Shown piece after piece: positions 12,618 to 24,820 of a DNA stretch of 64,000 nt (the first letter of the stretch is position 1; the number at the start of each line of letters is the position of its first letter). Under the pieces are notes generated by a model. That model was given only the letters and a program-made list of their open reading frames with translations. It had not been told where the DNA came from and did no database searches. The position numbers were made by a program, and so were the translations under genes. The stretch comes from Squalus acanthias (Eukaryota). Location: positions 5,952,001 to 6,016,000 of the forward strand of contig CM059432.1 in the NCBI GenBank assembly GCA_030390025.1, in the 5' to 3' direction.

Positions 12618-15600
12618 CGGCAGGGAGAGAGGGGGACAGTGAGTGAAAAGGGAGAGGGAGAGGGAGGGGGAGGGGGAGAGGGAGGGGGAGGGGGAGCGGG
12701 AGGGGGAGCGGGAGGGGGAGAGGGAGGGGGAGAGGGAGGGGGAGAGAGAGAGGGAGCGGGAGCGGGAGAGAGAGAGGGAGCGGGAGAGAGAGAGGGAGCG
12801 GGAGAGAGAGAGGGAGCGGGAGAGAGAGAGGGACAGGGAGAGAGAGAGGGACAGGGAGAGAGAGAGACAGGGAGAGAGAGAGAGGGACAGGGAGAGAGAG
12901 AGGGACAGGGAGAGAGAGAGGGACAGGGAGAGAGAGAGGGACAGGGAGAGAGAGAGGGACAGGGAGAGAGAGAGGGACAGGGAGAGAGAGAGGGACAGGG
13001 AGAGAGAGAGGGACAGAGAGAGAGAGAGGGACAGGGAGAGAGAGAGGGACAGGGAGAGAGAGAGGGACAGGGAGAGAGAGAGGGACAGGGAGAGAGAGAG
13101 GGACAGGGAGAGAGAGAGGGACAGGGAGAGAGAGAGGGACAGGGAGAGAGAGAGGGACAGGGAGAGAGAGAGGGCAGGGAGAGAGAGAGGGCAGGGAGAG
13201 AGAGAGGGCAGGGAGAGAGAGAGGGCAGGGAGAGAGAGAGGGCAGGGAGAGAGAGGGGGCAGGGAGAGAGAGGGGGCAGGGAGAGAGAGGGGGCAGGGAG
13301 AGAGAGCGGGCAGGGAGAGAGAGAGGGCAGGGAGAGAGAGGGGGCAGGGAGAGAGAGGGGGCAGGGAGAGAGAGGGGGCAGGGAGAGAGAGGGGGCAGGG
13401 AGAGAGAGGGGGCAGGGAGAGAGAGGGGGCAGGGAGAGAGAGGGGGCAGGGAGAGAGAGGGGGCAGGGAGAGAGAGGGGGCAGGGAGAGAGAGAGGGGCT
13501 GGGAAAGACAGGGAGAGAGAGAGGTGCAGGGAGAGGCAGGGAGAGAGAGAGGTGCAGGGAGAGAGAGAGGGACAGGGAGAGAGAGAGGGACAGGGAGAGA
13601 GAGAGGGACAGGGAGAGAGAGAGAGGGCAGGGAGAGAGAGGGGGCAGGGAGAGAGAGGGGGCAGGGAGAGAGAGGGGGCAGGGAGAGAGAGGGGGCAGGG
13701 AGAGAGAGGGGGCAGGGAGAGAGGGGGCAGGGAGAGAGAGGGGGCAGGGAGAGAGAGGGGGCAGGGAGAGAGAGGGGGCAGGGAGAGAGAGGGGGCAGGG
13801 AGAGAGAGGGGGCAGGGAGAGAGAGGGGGCAGGGAGAGAGAGGGGGCAGGGAGAGAGAGGGGGCAGGGAGAGAGAGGGGGCAGGGAGAGAGGGGGGGCAG
13901 GGAGAGAGAGAGGGGCTGGGAAAGACAGGGAGAGAGAGAGGTGCAGGGAGAGGCAGGGAGAGAGAGAGGTGCAGGGAGAGACAGGGAGAGCGCGCGAGCG
14001 GGGGACAGGGAGAGCGCGCGAGCGGGGGACAGGGAGAGCGCGCGAGCGGGGGACAGGGAGAGCGCGCGAGCGGGGGACAGGGAGAGCGCGCGAGCGGGGG
14101 ACAGGGAGAGCGCGCGAGCGGGGGACAGGGAGAGCGCGCGAGCGGGGGACAGGGAGAGCGCGCGAGCGGGGGACAGGGAGAGCGCGCGAGCGGGGGACAG
14201 GGAGAGCGCGCGAGCGGGGGACAGGGAGAGCGCGCGAGCGGGGGACAGGGAGAGCGCGCGAGCGGGGGACAGGGAGAGCGCGCGAGCGGGGGACAGGGAG
14301 AGCGCGCGAGCGGGGGACAGGGAGAGCGCTGCGAGCGGGGGACAGGGAGAGCGCGCGAGCGGGGGACAGGGAGAGCGCGCGAGCGGGGGACAGGGAGAGC
14401 GCGCGAGCGGGGCAGAGGGCGAGCGCGAGGGGGGCAGAGGGAGAGCGCGAGGGGGGGAGAGGGAGAGCGCGAGGGGGGGAGAGGGAGAGCGCGAGGGGGG
14501 GAGAGGGAGAGCGCGAGGGGGGGAGAGGGAGAGCGCGAGGGGGGGAGAGGGAGAGCGCGAGGGGGGGAGAGGGAGAGCGCGAGGGGGGGAGAGGGAGAGC
14601 GCGAGGGGGGGAGAGGGAGAGCGCGAGGGGGGGAGAGGGAGAGCGCGAGGGGGGGAGAGGGAGAGCGCGAGGGGGGGACAGGGAGAGCGCGAGGGGGGGA
14701 GAGGGAGAGCGCGAGGGGGGGAGAGGGAGAGCGCGAGGGGGGGAGAGGGAGAGCGCGAGGGGGGGAGAGGGAGAGCGCGAGGGGGGGAGAGGGAGAGCGC
14801 GAGGGGGGGAGAGGGAGAGCGCGAGGGGGGGAGAGGGAGAGCGCGAGGGGGGGAGAGGGAGAGCGCGAGGGGGGGAGAGGGAGAGCGCGAGGGGGGGAGA
14901 GGGAGAGCGCGAGGGGGGGAGAGGGAGAGCGCGAGGGGGGGAGAGGGAGAGCGCGAGGGGGGGAGAGGGAGAGCGCGAGGGGGGAGAGGAGAGCGCGAGG
15001 GGGGGAGAGGGAGAGCGCGAGGGGGGGAGAGGGAGAGCGCGAGAGGGGGAGAGGGAGAGCGCGAGCGGGGGAGAGGGAGAGCGCGAGCGGGGGAGAGGGA
15101 GAGCGCGAGAGGGGGAGAGGGAGAGCGCGAGAGGGGGAGAGGGAGAGCGCGAGGGGGGGAGAGGGAGAGCGCGAGGGGGGAGAGGGAGAGCGCGCGAGGG
15201 GGCGCGCGCGAGGGGGCGAGGGAGAGCGCGCGAGGGGGCGTGGGAGAGCGCGCGAGGGGGAGAGGGAGAGCGCGCGAGGGGGAGAGGGAGAGCGCGCGAG
15301 GGGGAGAGGGAGAGCGCGCGAGGGGGAGAGGGAGAGCGCGCGAGGGGGAGAGGGAGAGCGCGCGAGGGGGAGAGGGAGAGCGCGCGAGGGGGAGAGGGAG
15401 AGCGCGAGGGGGAGAGGGAGAGCGCGAGGGGGAGAGGGAGAGCGCGAGGGGGAGAGGGAGAGCGCGAGGGGGAGAGGGAGAGCGCGAGAGGGGGAGAGGG
15501 AGAGCGCGAGAGGGAGAGGGGGAGAGGGCGAGAGGGAGAGGGGAGGGGAGAGAGAGAGCGGGAGAGGGAGAGGGGGAGCGGGAGCGGGAGAGCGAGAGGG

Positions 15601-15847
15601 GGAGAGGGAGAGCGGGAGCGGGAGAGGGAGAGGGAGAGCGGGAGCGGGAGAGCGAGAGAGAGACAGGGGGAGAGAGAGAGACAGGGGGGAGAGAGAGAGC
15701 GCGAGAGAGGGACGGGGGGAGAGAGAGAGAGAGGGGGGACAGGGGGAGAGAGAGAGGGGGAACAGGAGGAGAGAGAGAGACGGAGAGAGAGAGGGGGGGA
15801 CAGGGAGAGAGGGAGAGAGAGAGGGATGGACAGGGAGAGTGATGGAC

Positions 15848-15891
<44 letters not shown>

Positions 15892-18800
15892 AGGGGGACA
15901 GGGAGAGCGCGAGGGGGACAGGGAGAGCGCGAGGGGGACAGGGAGAGCGCGAGGGGGACAGGGAGAGCGCGAGGGGGACAGGGAGAGCGCGAGGGGGACA
16001 GGGAGAGCGCGAGGGGGACAGGGAGAGCGCGAGGGGGACAGGGAGAGCGCGAGGGGGACAGGGAGAGCGCGAGGGGGACAGGGAGAGCGCGAGGGGGGAC
16101 AGGGAGAGCGCGAGGGGGACAGGGAGAGCGCGAGGGGGACAGGGAGAGCGCGAGGGGGACAGGGAGAGCGCGAGGGGGACAGGGAGAGCGCGAGGGGGAC
16201 AGGGAGAGCGCGAGGGGGACAGGGAGAGCGCGAGGGGGACAGGGAGAGCGCGAGGGGGACAGGGAGAGCGCGAGGGGACAGGGAGAGCGCGAGGGGGACA
16301 GGGAGAGCGCGAGGGGGACAGGGAGAGCGCGAGGGGGGACAGGGAGAGCGCGAGGGGGGGAGAGGGAGAGCGCGAGGGGGGAGAGGGAGAGCGCGAGGGG
16401 GGGAGAGGGAGAGCGCGAGGGGGGGAGAGGGAGAGCGCGAGGGGGGGAGAGGGAGAGCGCGAGGGGGGGAGAGGGAGAGCGCGAGGGGGGGAGAGGGAGA
16501 GCGCGAGGGGGGGAGAGGGAGAGCGCGAGGGGGGGAGAGGGAGAGCGCGAGGGGGGGAGAGGGAGAGCGCGAGGGGGGGAGAGGGAGAGCGCGAGGGGGG
16601 GAGAGGGAGAGCGCGAGGGGGGGAGAGGGAGAGCGCGAGGGGGGGAGAGGGAGAGCGCGAGGGGGGGAGAGGGAGAGCGCGAGGGGGGGAGAGGGAGAGC
16701 GCGAGGGGGGGAGAGGGAGAGCGCGAGGGGGGGAGAGGGAGAGCGCGAGGGGGGGAGAGGGAGAGCGCGAGGGGGGGAGAGGGAGAGCGCGAGGGGGGAG
16801 AGGGAGAGCGCGAGGGGGGGAGAGGGAGAGCGCGAGGGGGGGAGAGGGAGAGCGCGAGGGGGGGAGAGGGAGAGCGCGAGGGGGGGAGAGGGAGAGCGCG
16901 AGGGGGGGAGAGGGAGAGCGCGAGGGGGGGAGAGGGAGAGCGCGAGGGGGGGAGAGGGAGAGCGCGAGGGGGGGAGAGGGAGAGCGCGAGGGGGGGAGAG
17001 GGAGAGCGCGAGGGGGGGAGAGGGAGAGCGCGAGGGGGGGAGAGGGAGAGCGCGAGGGGGGGAGAGGGAGAGCGCGAGGGGGGGAGAGGGAGAGCGCGAG
17101 GGGGGGAGAGGGAGAGCGCGAGGGGGGGACGAGGGAGAGCGCGAGGGGGGGAGAGGGAGAGCGCGAGGGGGGGGACAGGGAGAGCGCGAGGGGGGGACAG
17201 GGAGAGCGCGAGGGGGGGACAGGGAGAGCGCGAGGGGGGGACAGGGAGAGCGCGAGGGGGGGACAGGGAGAGCGCGAGGGGGGGACAGGGAGAGCGCGAG
17301 GGGGGACAGGGAGAGCGCGAGGGGGGGACAGGGAGAGCGCGAGGGGGGACAGGGAGAGCGCGAGGGGGGGACAGGGAGAGCGCGAGGGGGGGACAGGGAG
17401 AGCGCGAGGGGGGGACAGGGCGAGCGCGAGGGGGGGACAGGGCGAGCGCGAGGGGGGGACAGGGCGAGCGCGAGGGGGGGACAGGGCGAGCGCGAGGGGG
17501 GGACAGGGCGAGCGCGAGGGGGGGACAGGGCGAGCGCGAGGGGGGGACAGGGCGAGCGCGAGGGGGGGACAGGGCGAGCGCGAGGGGGGGACAGGGCGAG
17601 CGCGAGGGGGGGACAGGGCGAGCGCGAGGGGGGACAGGGAGAGCGCGAGGGGGGGACAGGGCGAGCGCGAGGGGGGGACAGGGAGAGCGCGAGGGGGGGA
17701 CAGGGCGAGCGCGAGGGGGGGACAGGGAGAGCGCGAGGGGGGACAGGGCGAGCGCGAGGGGGGGACAGGGAGAGCGCGAGGGGGGGACAGGGAGAGCGCG
17801 AGGGGGGGACAGGGAGAGCGCGAGGGGGGGACAGGGAGAGCGCGAGGGGGGGACAGGGAGAGCGCGAGGGGGGGACAGGGAGAGCGCGAGGGGGGACAGG
17901 GAGAGCGCGAGGGGGGGGACAGGGAGAGCGCGAGGGGGGGACAGGGAGAGCGCGAGGGGGGGAGAGGGAGAGCGCGAGGGGGGGAGAGGGAGAGCGCGAG
18001 GGGGGGAGAGGGAGAGCGCGAGGGGGGAGAGGGAGAGCGCGAGGGGGGGAGAGGGAGAGCGCGAGGGGGGGAGAGGGAGGGGGGAGAGGGAGAGGGAGAG
18101 CGCGAGGGGGGAGAGAGAGAGCGCGAGGGGGGAGAGAGAGAGCGCGAGGGGGGAGAGGGAGAGCGCGAGGTGGGGAGAGGGAGAGCGCGAGGGGGGGAGA
18201 GGGAGAGCGCGAGGGGGGGAGAGGGAGAGCGCGAGGGGGGGAGAGGGAGAGCGCGAGGGGGGGAGAGGGAGAGCGCGAGGGGGGGAGAGGGAGAGCGCGA
18301 GGGGGGGAGAGGGAGAGCGCGAGGGGGGGATAGGGAGAGCGCGAGGGGGGGAGAGGGAGAGCGCGAGGGGGGGAGAGGGAGAGCGCGAGGGGGGAGAGGG
18401 AGAGCGCGAGGGGGGGGACAGGGGGAGCGAGAGAGGGACAGGGGGAGCGAGAGAGGGACAGGGGGAGCGAGAGAGGGACAGGGGGAGCGAGAGAGGGACA
18501 GGGGGAGCGAGAGAGGGACAGGGGGAGCGAGAGAGGGACAGGGGGAGCGAGAGAGGGACAGGGGGAGCGAGAGAGGGACAGGGGGAGCGAGAGAGGGACA
18601 GGGGGAGCGAGAGAGGGACAGGGGGAGCGAGAGAGGGACAGGGGGAGCGAGAGAGGGACAGGGGGAGCGAGAGAGGGACAGGGGGAGCGAGAGAGGGACA
18701 GGGGGAGCGAGAGAGGGACAGGGGGAGCGAGAGAGGGACAGGGGGAGCGAGAGAGGGACAGGGGGAGCGAGAGAGGGACAGGGGGAGCGAGAGAGGGACA

Positions 18801-20345
18801 GGGGGAGCGAGAGAGGGACAGGGGGAGCGAGAGAGGGACAGGGGGAGCGAGAGAGGGACAGGGGGAGCGAGAGAGGGACAGGGGGAGCGAGAGAGGGACA
18901 GGGGGAGCGAGAGAGGGACAGGGGAGCGAGAGAGGGACAGGGGGAGCGAGAGAGGGACAGGGGGAGCGAGAGAGGGACGGGGGGAGCGAGAGGGGGACGG
19001 GGGGAGCGAGAGGGGGACGGGGAGAGCGAGAGGGGACGGGGAGAGCGAGAGGGGGACGGGGAGAGCGAGAGGGGGACGGGGAGAGCGAGAGGGGGACGGG
19101 GAGAGCGAGAGGGGGACGGGGGAGAGCGAGAGGGGGACGGGGAGAGCGAGAGGGGGACGGGGAGAGCGAGAGGGGGACGGGGAGAGCGAGAGGGGGACGG
19201 GGAGAGCGAGAGGGGACGGGGAGAGCGAGAGGGGGACGGGGAGAGCGAGAGGGGGACGGGGAGAGCGAGAGGGGGACGGGGAGAGCGAGAGGGGGACGGG
19301 GAGAGCGAGAGGGGGACGGGGAGAGCGAGAGGGGGACGGGGAGAGCGAGAGGGGGACGGGGGAGAGAGAGACAGACGGGGGGAGGGAGAGACAGACAGAC
19401 AGGGGGGAGGGAGAGAGAGCGAGAGAGATAGAGAGGGACAGGGAGAGAGAGAGAGGGGGGACAGGGGGAGAAAGAGGGACAGGGAGAGAGAGGGGGGGAC
19501 AGGGAGAGAGAGAGGGGGGGACAGGGAGAGAGAGAGGGGGGGACAGGGAGAGAGAGAGGGGGAGACAGGGAGAGAGAGAGGGGGGGACAGGGAGAGAGAG
19601 GGAGAGAGCGCGGGGGGGACAGGGCGAGCGCGGGGGGGACAGGGCGAGCGCGAGGGGGACAGGGAGAGCGCGAGGGGGACAGGGCGAGCGCGAGGGGGAC
19701 AGGGCGAGCGCGAGGGGGACAGGGAGAGCGCGAGGGGGACAGGGAGAGCGCGAGGGGGACCGGGAGAGCGCGAGGGGGACCGGGAGAGCGCGAGGGGGAC
19801 CGGGAGAGCGCGAGGGGGACCGGGAGAGCGCGAGGGGGACCGGGAGAGCGCGAGGGGGACCGGGAGAGCGCGAGGGGGACCGGGAGAGCGCGAGGGGGAC
19901 CGGGAGAGCGCGAGGGGGACCGGGAGAGCGCGAGGGGGACCGGGAGAGCGCGAGGGGGACCGGGAGAGCGCGAGGGGGACAGGGAGAGCGCGAGGGGGAC
20001 AGGGAGAGCGCGAGGGGGACAGGGAGAGCGCGAGGGGGACAGGGAGAGCGCGAGGGGGACAGGGAGAGCGCGAGGGGGACAGGGAGAGCGCGAGGGGGAC
20101 AGGGAGAGCGCGAGGGGGACAGGGAGAGCGCGAGGGGGACAGGGAGAGCGCGAGGGGGACAGGGAGAGCGCGAGGGGGACAGGGAGAGCGCGAGGGGGAC
20201 AGGGAGAGAAAGAGAGGGACAGGGAGAGAAAGAGAGGGACAGGGAGAGAAAGAGAGAGAGAGGGACAGGGATAGAGAGATAGAGAGAGAAGGACAGGGAG
20301 AGAGAGAGAGAGGGGGGGACAGGGAGAGATAGAGAGAGGGACAGG

Positions 20346-20383
<38 letters not shown>

Positions 20384-20448
20384 CAGGGAGGGAGAGATAG
20401 AGGGACAGGGAGGGAGAGAGAGCGAGGGAAAGAGAGAGAGGGGGGGAC

Positions 20449-20487
<39 letters not shown>

Positions 20488-20525
20488 CAGAGTGAGAGAG
20501 AGGGACAGGGAGGGATAGAGAGAGA

Positions 20526-20578
<53 letters not shown>
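10702..20578 (+). repeat. ~9.9-kb composite purine-rich tandem array (16-24-bp units derived from (GA)n)
   Basis: Plus strand is almost only G/A with some C. Blocks include 24-mer ctagggggaggggagcgagagaga (x7), 16-mer ggggcagggagagaga, 18-mer gggacagggagagagaga, 24-mer acagggagagcgcgcgagcggggg, 22-mer gagggagagcgcgaggggggga, and 20-mers gggagagcgcgagggggaca and gggggagcgagagagggaca. Confidence 0.98.
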
Positions 20579-22277
20579 GCGTGGGTCCAGGCGGGCGCTT
20601 ATAGTTCGTTCCCGGTGACTGAGATGCGGCCGCACTTTGGAACAACACAGATGGAGGCGCAGCACTTGTACAATGGCCGCTGGAAGGATGCTAATGCAAA
20701 CAATTTTTAGACCCGTAGTGACATTTTTTTTTAAATTCAGAAACTTGTTTAAAGCTGGAAAAAAATACGGGAAAGTGTTGTTGAATGTGCTGCAGTAAGT
20801 TCCAGTTAAATTTTGCCAGGTGTTGTCCACTTTTTGAAAGTTTATCAGAATTATTTAAATCATGTTAAGAAAGAGCGAAAAAGTTTGTGCCCCCGTTTGT
20901 ACCTCAGAGTCTGTGAGAGATGGAGGGAACGGGAGCAGAAAAAGAGGAAACAACTTCTCCAAAAATGATCCCAACTCATCGCCAAGGCTGTGGATAGATT
21001 TAAAATTGAAATTTCTCAATATTTGATTTTGAACGATCGACAGAAGTGAGTAGCTTTACACAAACATGCAACCATGCTGTTGTTGAGGAAGGGGAGCGCA
21101 GGGGAGGATTTGTAGGAGTTACGTATCTTTTTTAAAATGTCAATAAAAAGTATTAAGATGTTTAGGAAGAGAACCAAAAGAGGGGAAAAACACAAACCAT
21201 TTTATTTTATCTGTCGTTCTAGAGTCCGAACAAGTCCCAGGAATAATGTAAATATAGATTTCCTCTCAAACATTTACTGGAGTGTTAATAGTAACAAGAG
21301 TTATGTAATGATGTATAAAAATTGCAGGAAGCTACTTTAGAAGAAACCACTATTTGATTATTAAGACACAGATAATGTACAATTTTGATTTGATATAAAT
21401 GTTTGAAATAGGAGATTAAAAAATAGAGAGTACAATGAAGTTTGTTTCCCGCTATTTAATTGCAAAGTACCTAAAATAATTCAACACTTTTTGTGATAAG
21501 AGCAGGGATTAATATTGTGGAGAATGTTTGAGAGAAAATCATTAGAAGCGAAATTCGTAAATTAACATCTTTACGTCACAATATTAGTAAACATTTCCAA
21601 GTCAGTCTGATTGGTTCTCCTGTCCTGGAAGAAAGATGAATGTTTATTTCTGTTAAATCATAGCTTTTCCTGCTTTTTGTTTTTAATTCGGTGACGCAAA
21701 TTGTGTATGTGTTTTTCTGCACTTGTGAATAAGTGCTGCATTTCTGACATGTTACATGGTGGTGGGGGGGTGTGCTGGTTCAAGATGTAACCTTTATTAA
21801 TGGAAGTGATTGAAGTTGAAAATACGGATACCCGTTCTTGTTCAATTGTTCAGTTCTTTTTAATACTGTGAACTAAAGAACTACAGCACTTTACATTTGT
21901 TGGTTGTCTGGTTGCATTGTGATTAATATTCCAATTACTTATGTGGACGTCCAGCACGTCAGCGCCATAGGAAAGCCGCTGCTCCTGCTGCTTGTGCAGC
22001 CAATGCTATAGTGACAGGAGGGATGGGCTAATACGTTGAAAACTATAAAATTAATACTAATTGCACAAATAGATATGCCTCTTTCAGCTCTCCTTGGGTT
22101 TTTGGATTGTTTGTTGATGCAGAACCATGTAACTGAGTGACGTTTCTGAAGTGTTCATGCATTACTCTGCAGTTCTTTTATATCCCAGTCATTTCTGACA
22201 AGTGATTTTTTTTTTTTAAATAGAGTTTGTACATGACAAACTAAAAGCTTTTAATTAATTCTACCACAAACAAACTT

Positions 22278-23110
22278 GCAGGATGGGCATGTAAATGACA
22301 AATGAATTTCAATATAGATAAGTGTGAGGTGGTGCATTTTGGTAGGAGGAATAAGGTGTCTACCTACTCCTTGGAAAATAAGAATCTAAATGGGGTAGAG
22401 GTGCAAAGGGATCATGGGGTATAGATTCACAAATCATTAAAAGTAGCAAGGCAGGTTAAAAAAGCCATAAAAGTGCAAATAAAGCACTGTGGTTCATTTC
22501 TAGAGGAATGGAATTCAAAAGCACAGAAGTTATGTTAAACCTGTATCGAACCTTGTCTGATTGACTCATGATTTGAGACGGTGGGGTGGCAATATGGCAT
22601 GACTGAAAAAATGCTTTTAAGTGGTTGCTGTCGTTGTTTTAAATGTTGTTGTTGTAAAATTTGCACACGGACAAAAAGGTCGCGCTCAAAGGAGATCATG
22701 GCCCGCTCAGTACAAAAAAAAATTAGAGGGAACATAAGTAGTTTTGTGTAGGATAATTTTTTTTTAAATTATGAAGGGGTTTGATAAAGTAAACGTAGAG
22801 AAGATGTTTCCACTTGTGGGGTGGGGGGTCCAAAACTAGGGGCTATAGATACAAGACAGTCACCATTAAATCCAATAAGGAAATTATTGTAGAAACTTCT
22901 TTACCCAGAGTGTGGTTATAATGTGGAACTCGCTATCACATGGAGTAGTTGAGGCAAATAGCATAGATGCATTTCAGGGGAAGCTAGATAAGTACATGAA
23001 GGAGAAAGGAATAGAAGGATATGCCGATCGGATAGATGAAGTAGAGTGGGAGGAGTCTCATGTGGAGCATAAACACCGGCATGGACCTGTTGGGCTGAAT
23101 GGGCTGTAAA
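22278..23110 (+). mobile_element. CR1 LINE 3' fragment, interrupted at ~22551-22765
   Basis: tgtgaggtggtgcattttggtagg (KCEVVHFGR) and MWNSL...VVEANSIDAF motifs. Confidence 0.8.
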
Positions 23111-23234
23111 TACCTGGATTTCTTCTATGATACCCTTGACTCTTAGTTATAAAACCTCTGTATCCTCTCCAGTTAGTATTTCATTTCCACTAGGAAAGTA
23201 ATAAATGTGTTTCTCCTAGCAAATATGGTATCAG

Positions 23235-23812
23235 GCACCTCAAAGCACTGGAGAGGTACCACCAACGCTGCCTCCACAAGATCCTGCAAATCCATTGGCA
23301 GGATAGGCGCACCAATGTCAGTGTTCTCGCTCAGGCCAACATCCCCAGCATTGAAGCTTTGACCACGCTTGATCAGCTCCAATGGATAGGCCACATCGTC
23401 CGCATGCCCGATACAAGACTCCCAAAACAAGCGCTCACTGAGCTCCGACACGGCAAGAGAGCCCCAGGTGGGCAGAGGAAACGCTTCAAGGACACCCTCA
23501 AAGCCTCCTTGAAAAAGTGCAACATCCCCACCGACACCTGGGAATCCCTGGCCCAAGACCACACAAAGTGGAGGAGAAGCATCCGGGAAGGCGCCGAACA
23601 CCTCAAGTCTCTTCGCCGGGAGCAAGCAGAATCAAGGGCAGGCAGCGCAAGTCAACCCAAGCGCCCCACCGACCTTCCCCTTCAACCACCGTCTGCCCCA
23701 CCTGTGACAGAGACTGTAGGTCCCGCATTGGACTCATCAGTCACCTGAGAACTCATTTTTAGTGTGGAAGCAAGTCATCCTCAGTTCCGAGGGACTGCCT
23801 AAGAAGAAGAAG
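23235..23812 (+). mobile_element. 5'-truncated RTE LINE with perfect 10-bp TSD
   Basis: Same family as 89-1387; (aag)4 tail; TSD atggtatcag at 23225-23234 and 23813-23822. Confidence 0.93.
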
Positions 23813-23829
23813 ATGGTATCAGTCACCTG

Positions 23830-24190
23830 ATTAATATGGGCATCAACTTCACGTGATTCCTGCGGTAGTATGGAAGAATCCCGTTGCATTGCTTAAGGCC
23901 ATGGTGACCTTGACAGCAACAGGAAAAGCTGCCGTAGTCCTCGGCTTTGACTGCACGAGGCTGCAACAGATGGTTTAGCTCAGTCATAACATCCACAGTA
24001 AAGTGGAGGTGCGAAGGACAGGTCTCCTCCGCTATGTCCAGATGCGTGGTTAGTACACAAGAATCCTAGGGTAGTGGCAGATGTGCACAAGGTCCTGTCA
24101 CCTGCAGATGCTTGCCCATCACAAAGTGGTTCGCCTCATCTTGACCATGCAACACTATGGGAGGTAACACAGCAAGGCCCATCCTCCTAA
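23830..24190 (-). mobile_element. Degraded PIF/Harbinger transposase fragment
   Basis: Minus-strand translation with frameshifts gives HLHFTVDVMTELNHLLQP...AAFPVAVKVTMAL...ATGFF, resembling the N-terminal region of Harbinger/HARBI1-type transposases. Confidence 0.6.
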
Positions 24191-24682
24191 CTTTATTTGG
24201 TGCTACTTGTGTTGCTGAGCTATTTTCACTTTAAATGCACATGTAGTGCAGCAAAAGTAATGACTGTGCACCAGGGAGCCAGAAAAGTTTTGGTAAAATG
24301 ATCAACACAGATGGGCACTTGCTGTGCTCAGTTTTTAAGGGCATGGCTAATGCTGTGGGAAGAGCCTTACCTGAACGTCTGAACTTAGCATTGGAGCAAA
24401 ATATAATAAATTGTGCATGTTAATGAGTTTCGATATGCAGGTCAAATAGAAATGCCCTCTCAAAATCAGACATGCTAAAGTTTGGTGTGTGCGAGTCTGC
24501 GTGCCCAAATTTACGACCCGTATCCATGGGTCAGGCCTTAAAAAAAAAAAAATCACCCTTTTCGTGTCTATTTTGTGATTAAAGCTGCAATTTTCATACA
24601 AATTGTACAGAATTCAAATCTGCAAAATTTATTTTCCCCATATAAAACGAACAAAGACTCGCTGAAAAGCCTTTTGCCAAAC

Positions 24683-24820
24683 CTGTAATAGTTGTGTGGC
24701 AGTAGTTCTTTGCTCCGGATTCTTCACCAGACACTTCTTGACAAAATCTGTGAACTCATCTGACCAGAGCTCTGGCTTCCGGAATGTTGGTGGTGGGTTG
24801 GTGGGAATCATAAAAATAGC
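24683..24820 (-). CDS. STK3: Internal coding exon of serine/threonine kinase 3 (MST2/Hippo), C-terminal part of the kinase domain
   Basis: Translates to [46 protein letters not shown] (46 aa, 138 nt, phase 0-0), which I recognise as MST2-like ([11 protein letters not shown] rather than the STK4-type KQCLVKSPEQR). Acceptor AG at 24822-24821 follows a pyrimidine tract and a CTGAT branch-like motif (~24854); donor is CAG|GTTTGG at 24682. No neighbouring exons found in the window. Confidence 0.93.

Noticed and set aside
10575..20830. Giant ORFs (3357, 3321, 1896, 1497 and 1118 aa; Pro/Ser/Leu or Arg/Glu/Gly rich)
   Set aside because: They are open only because the array lacks stop codons on both strands; several frames are open at once and there is no domain structure.
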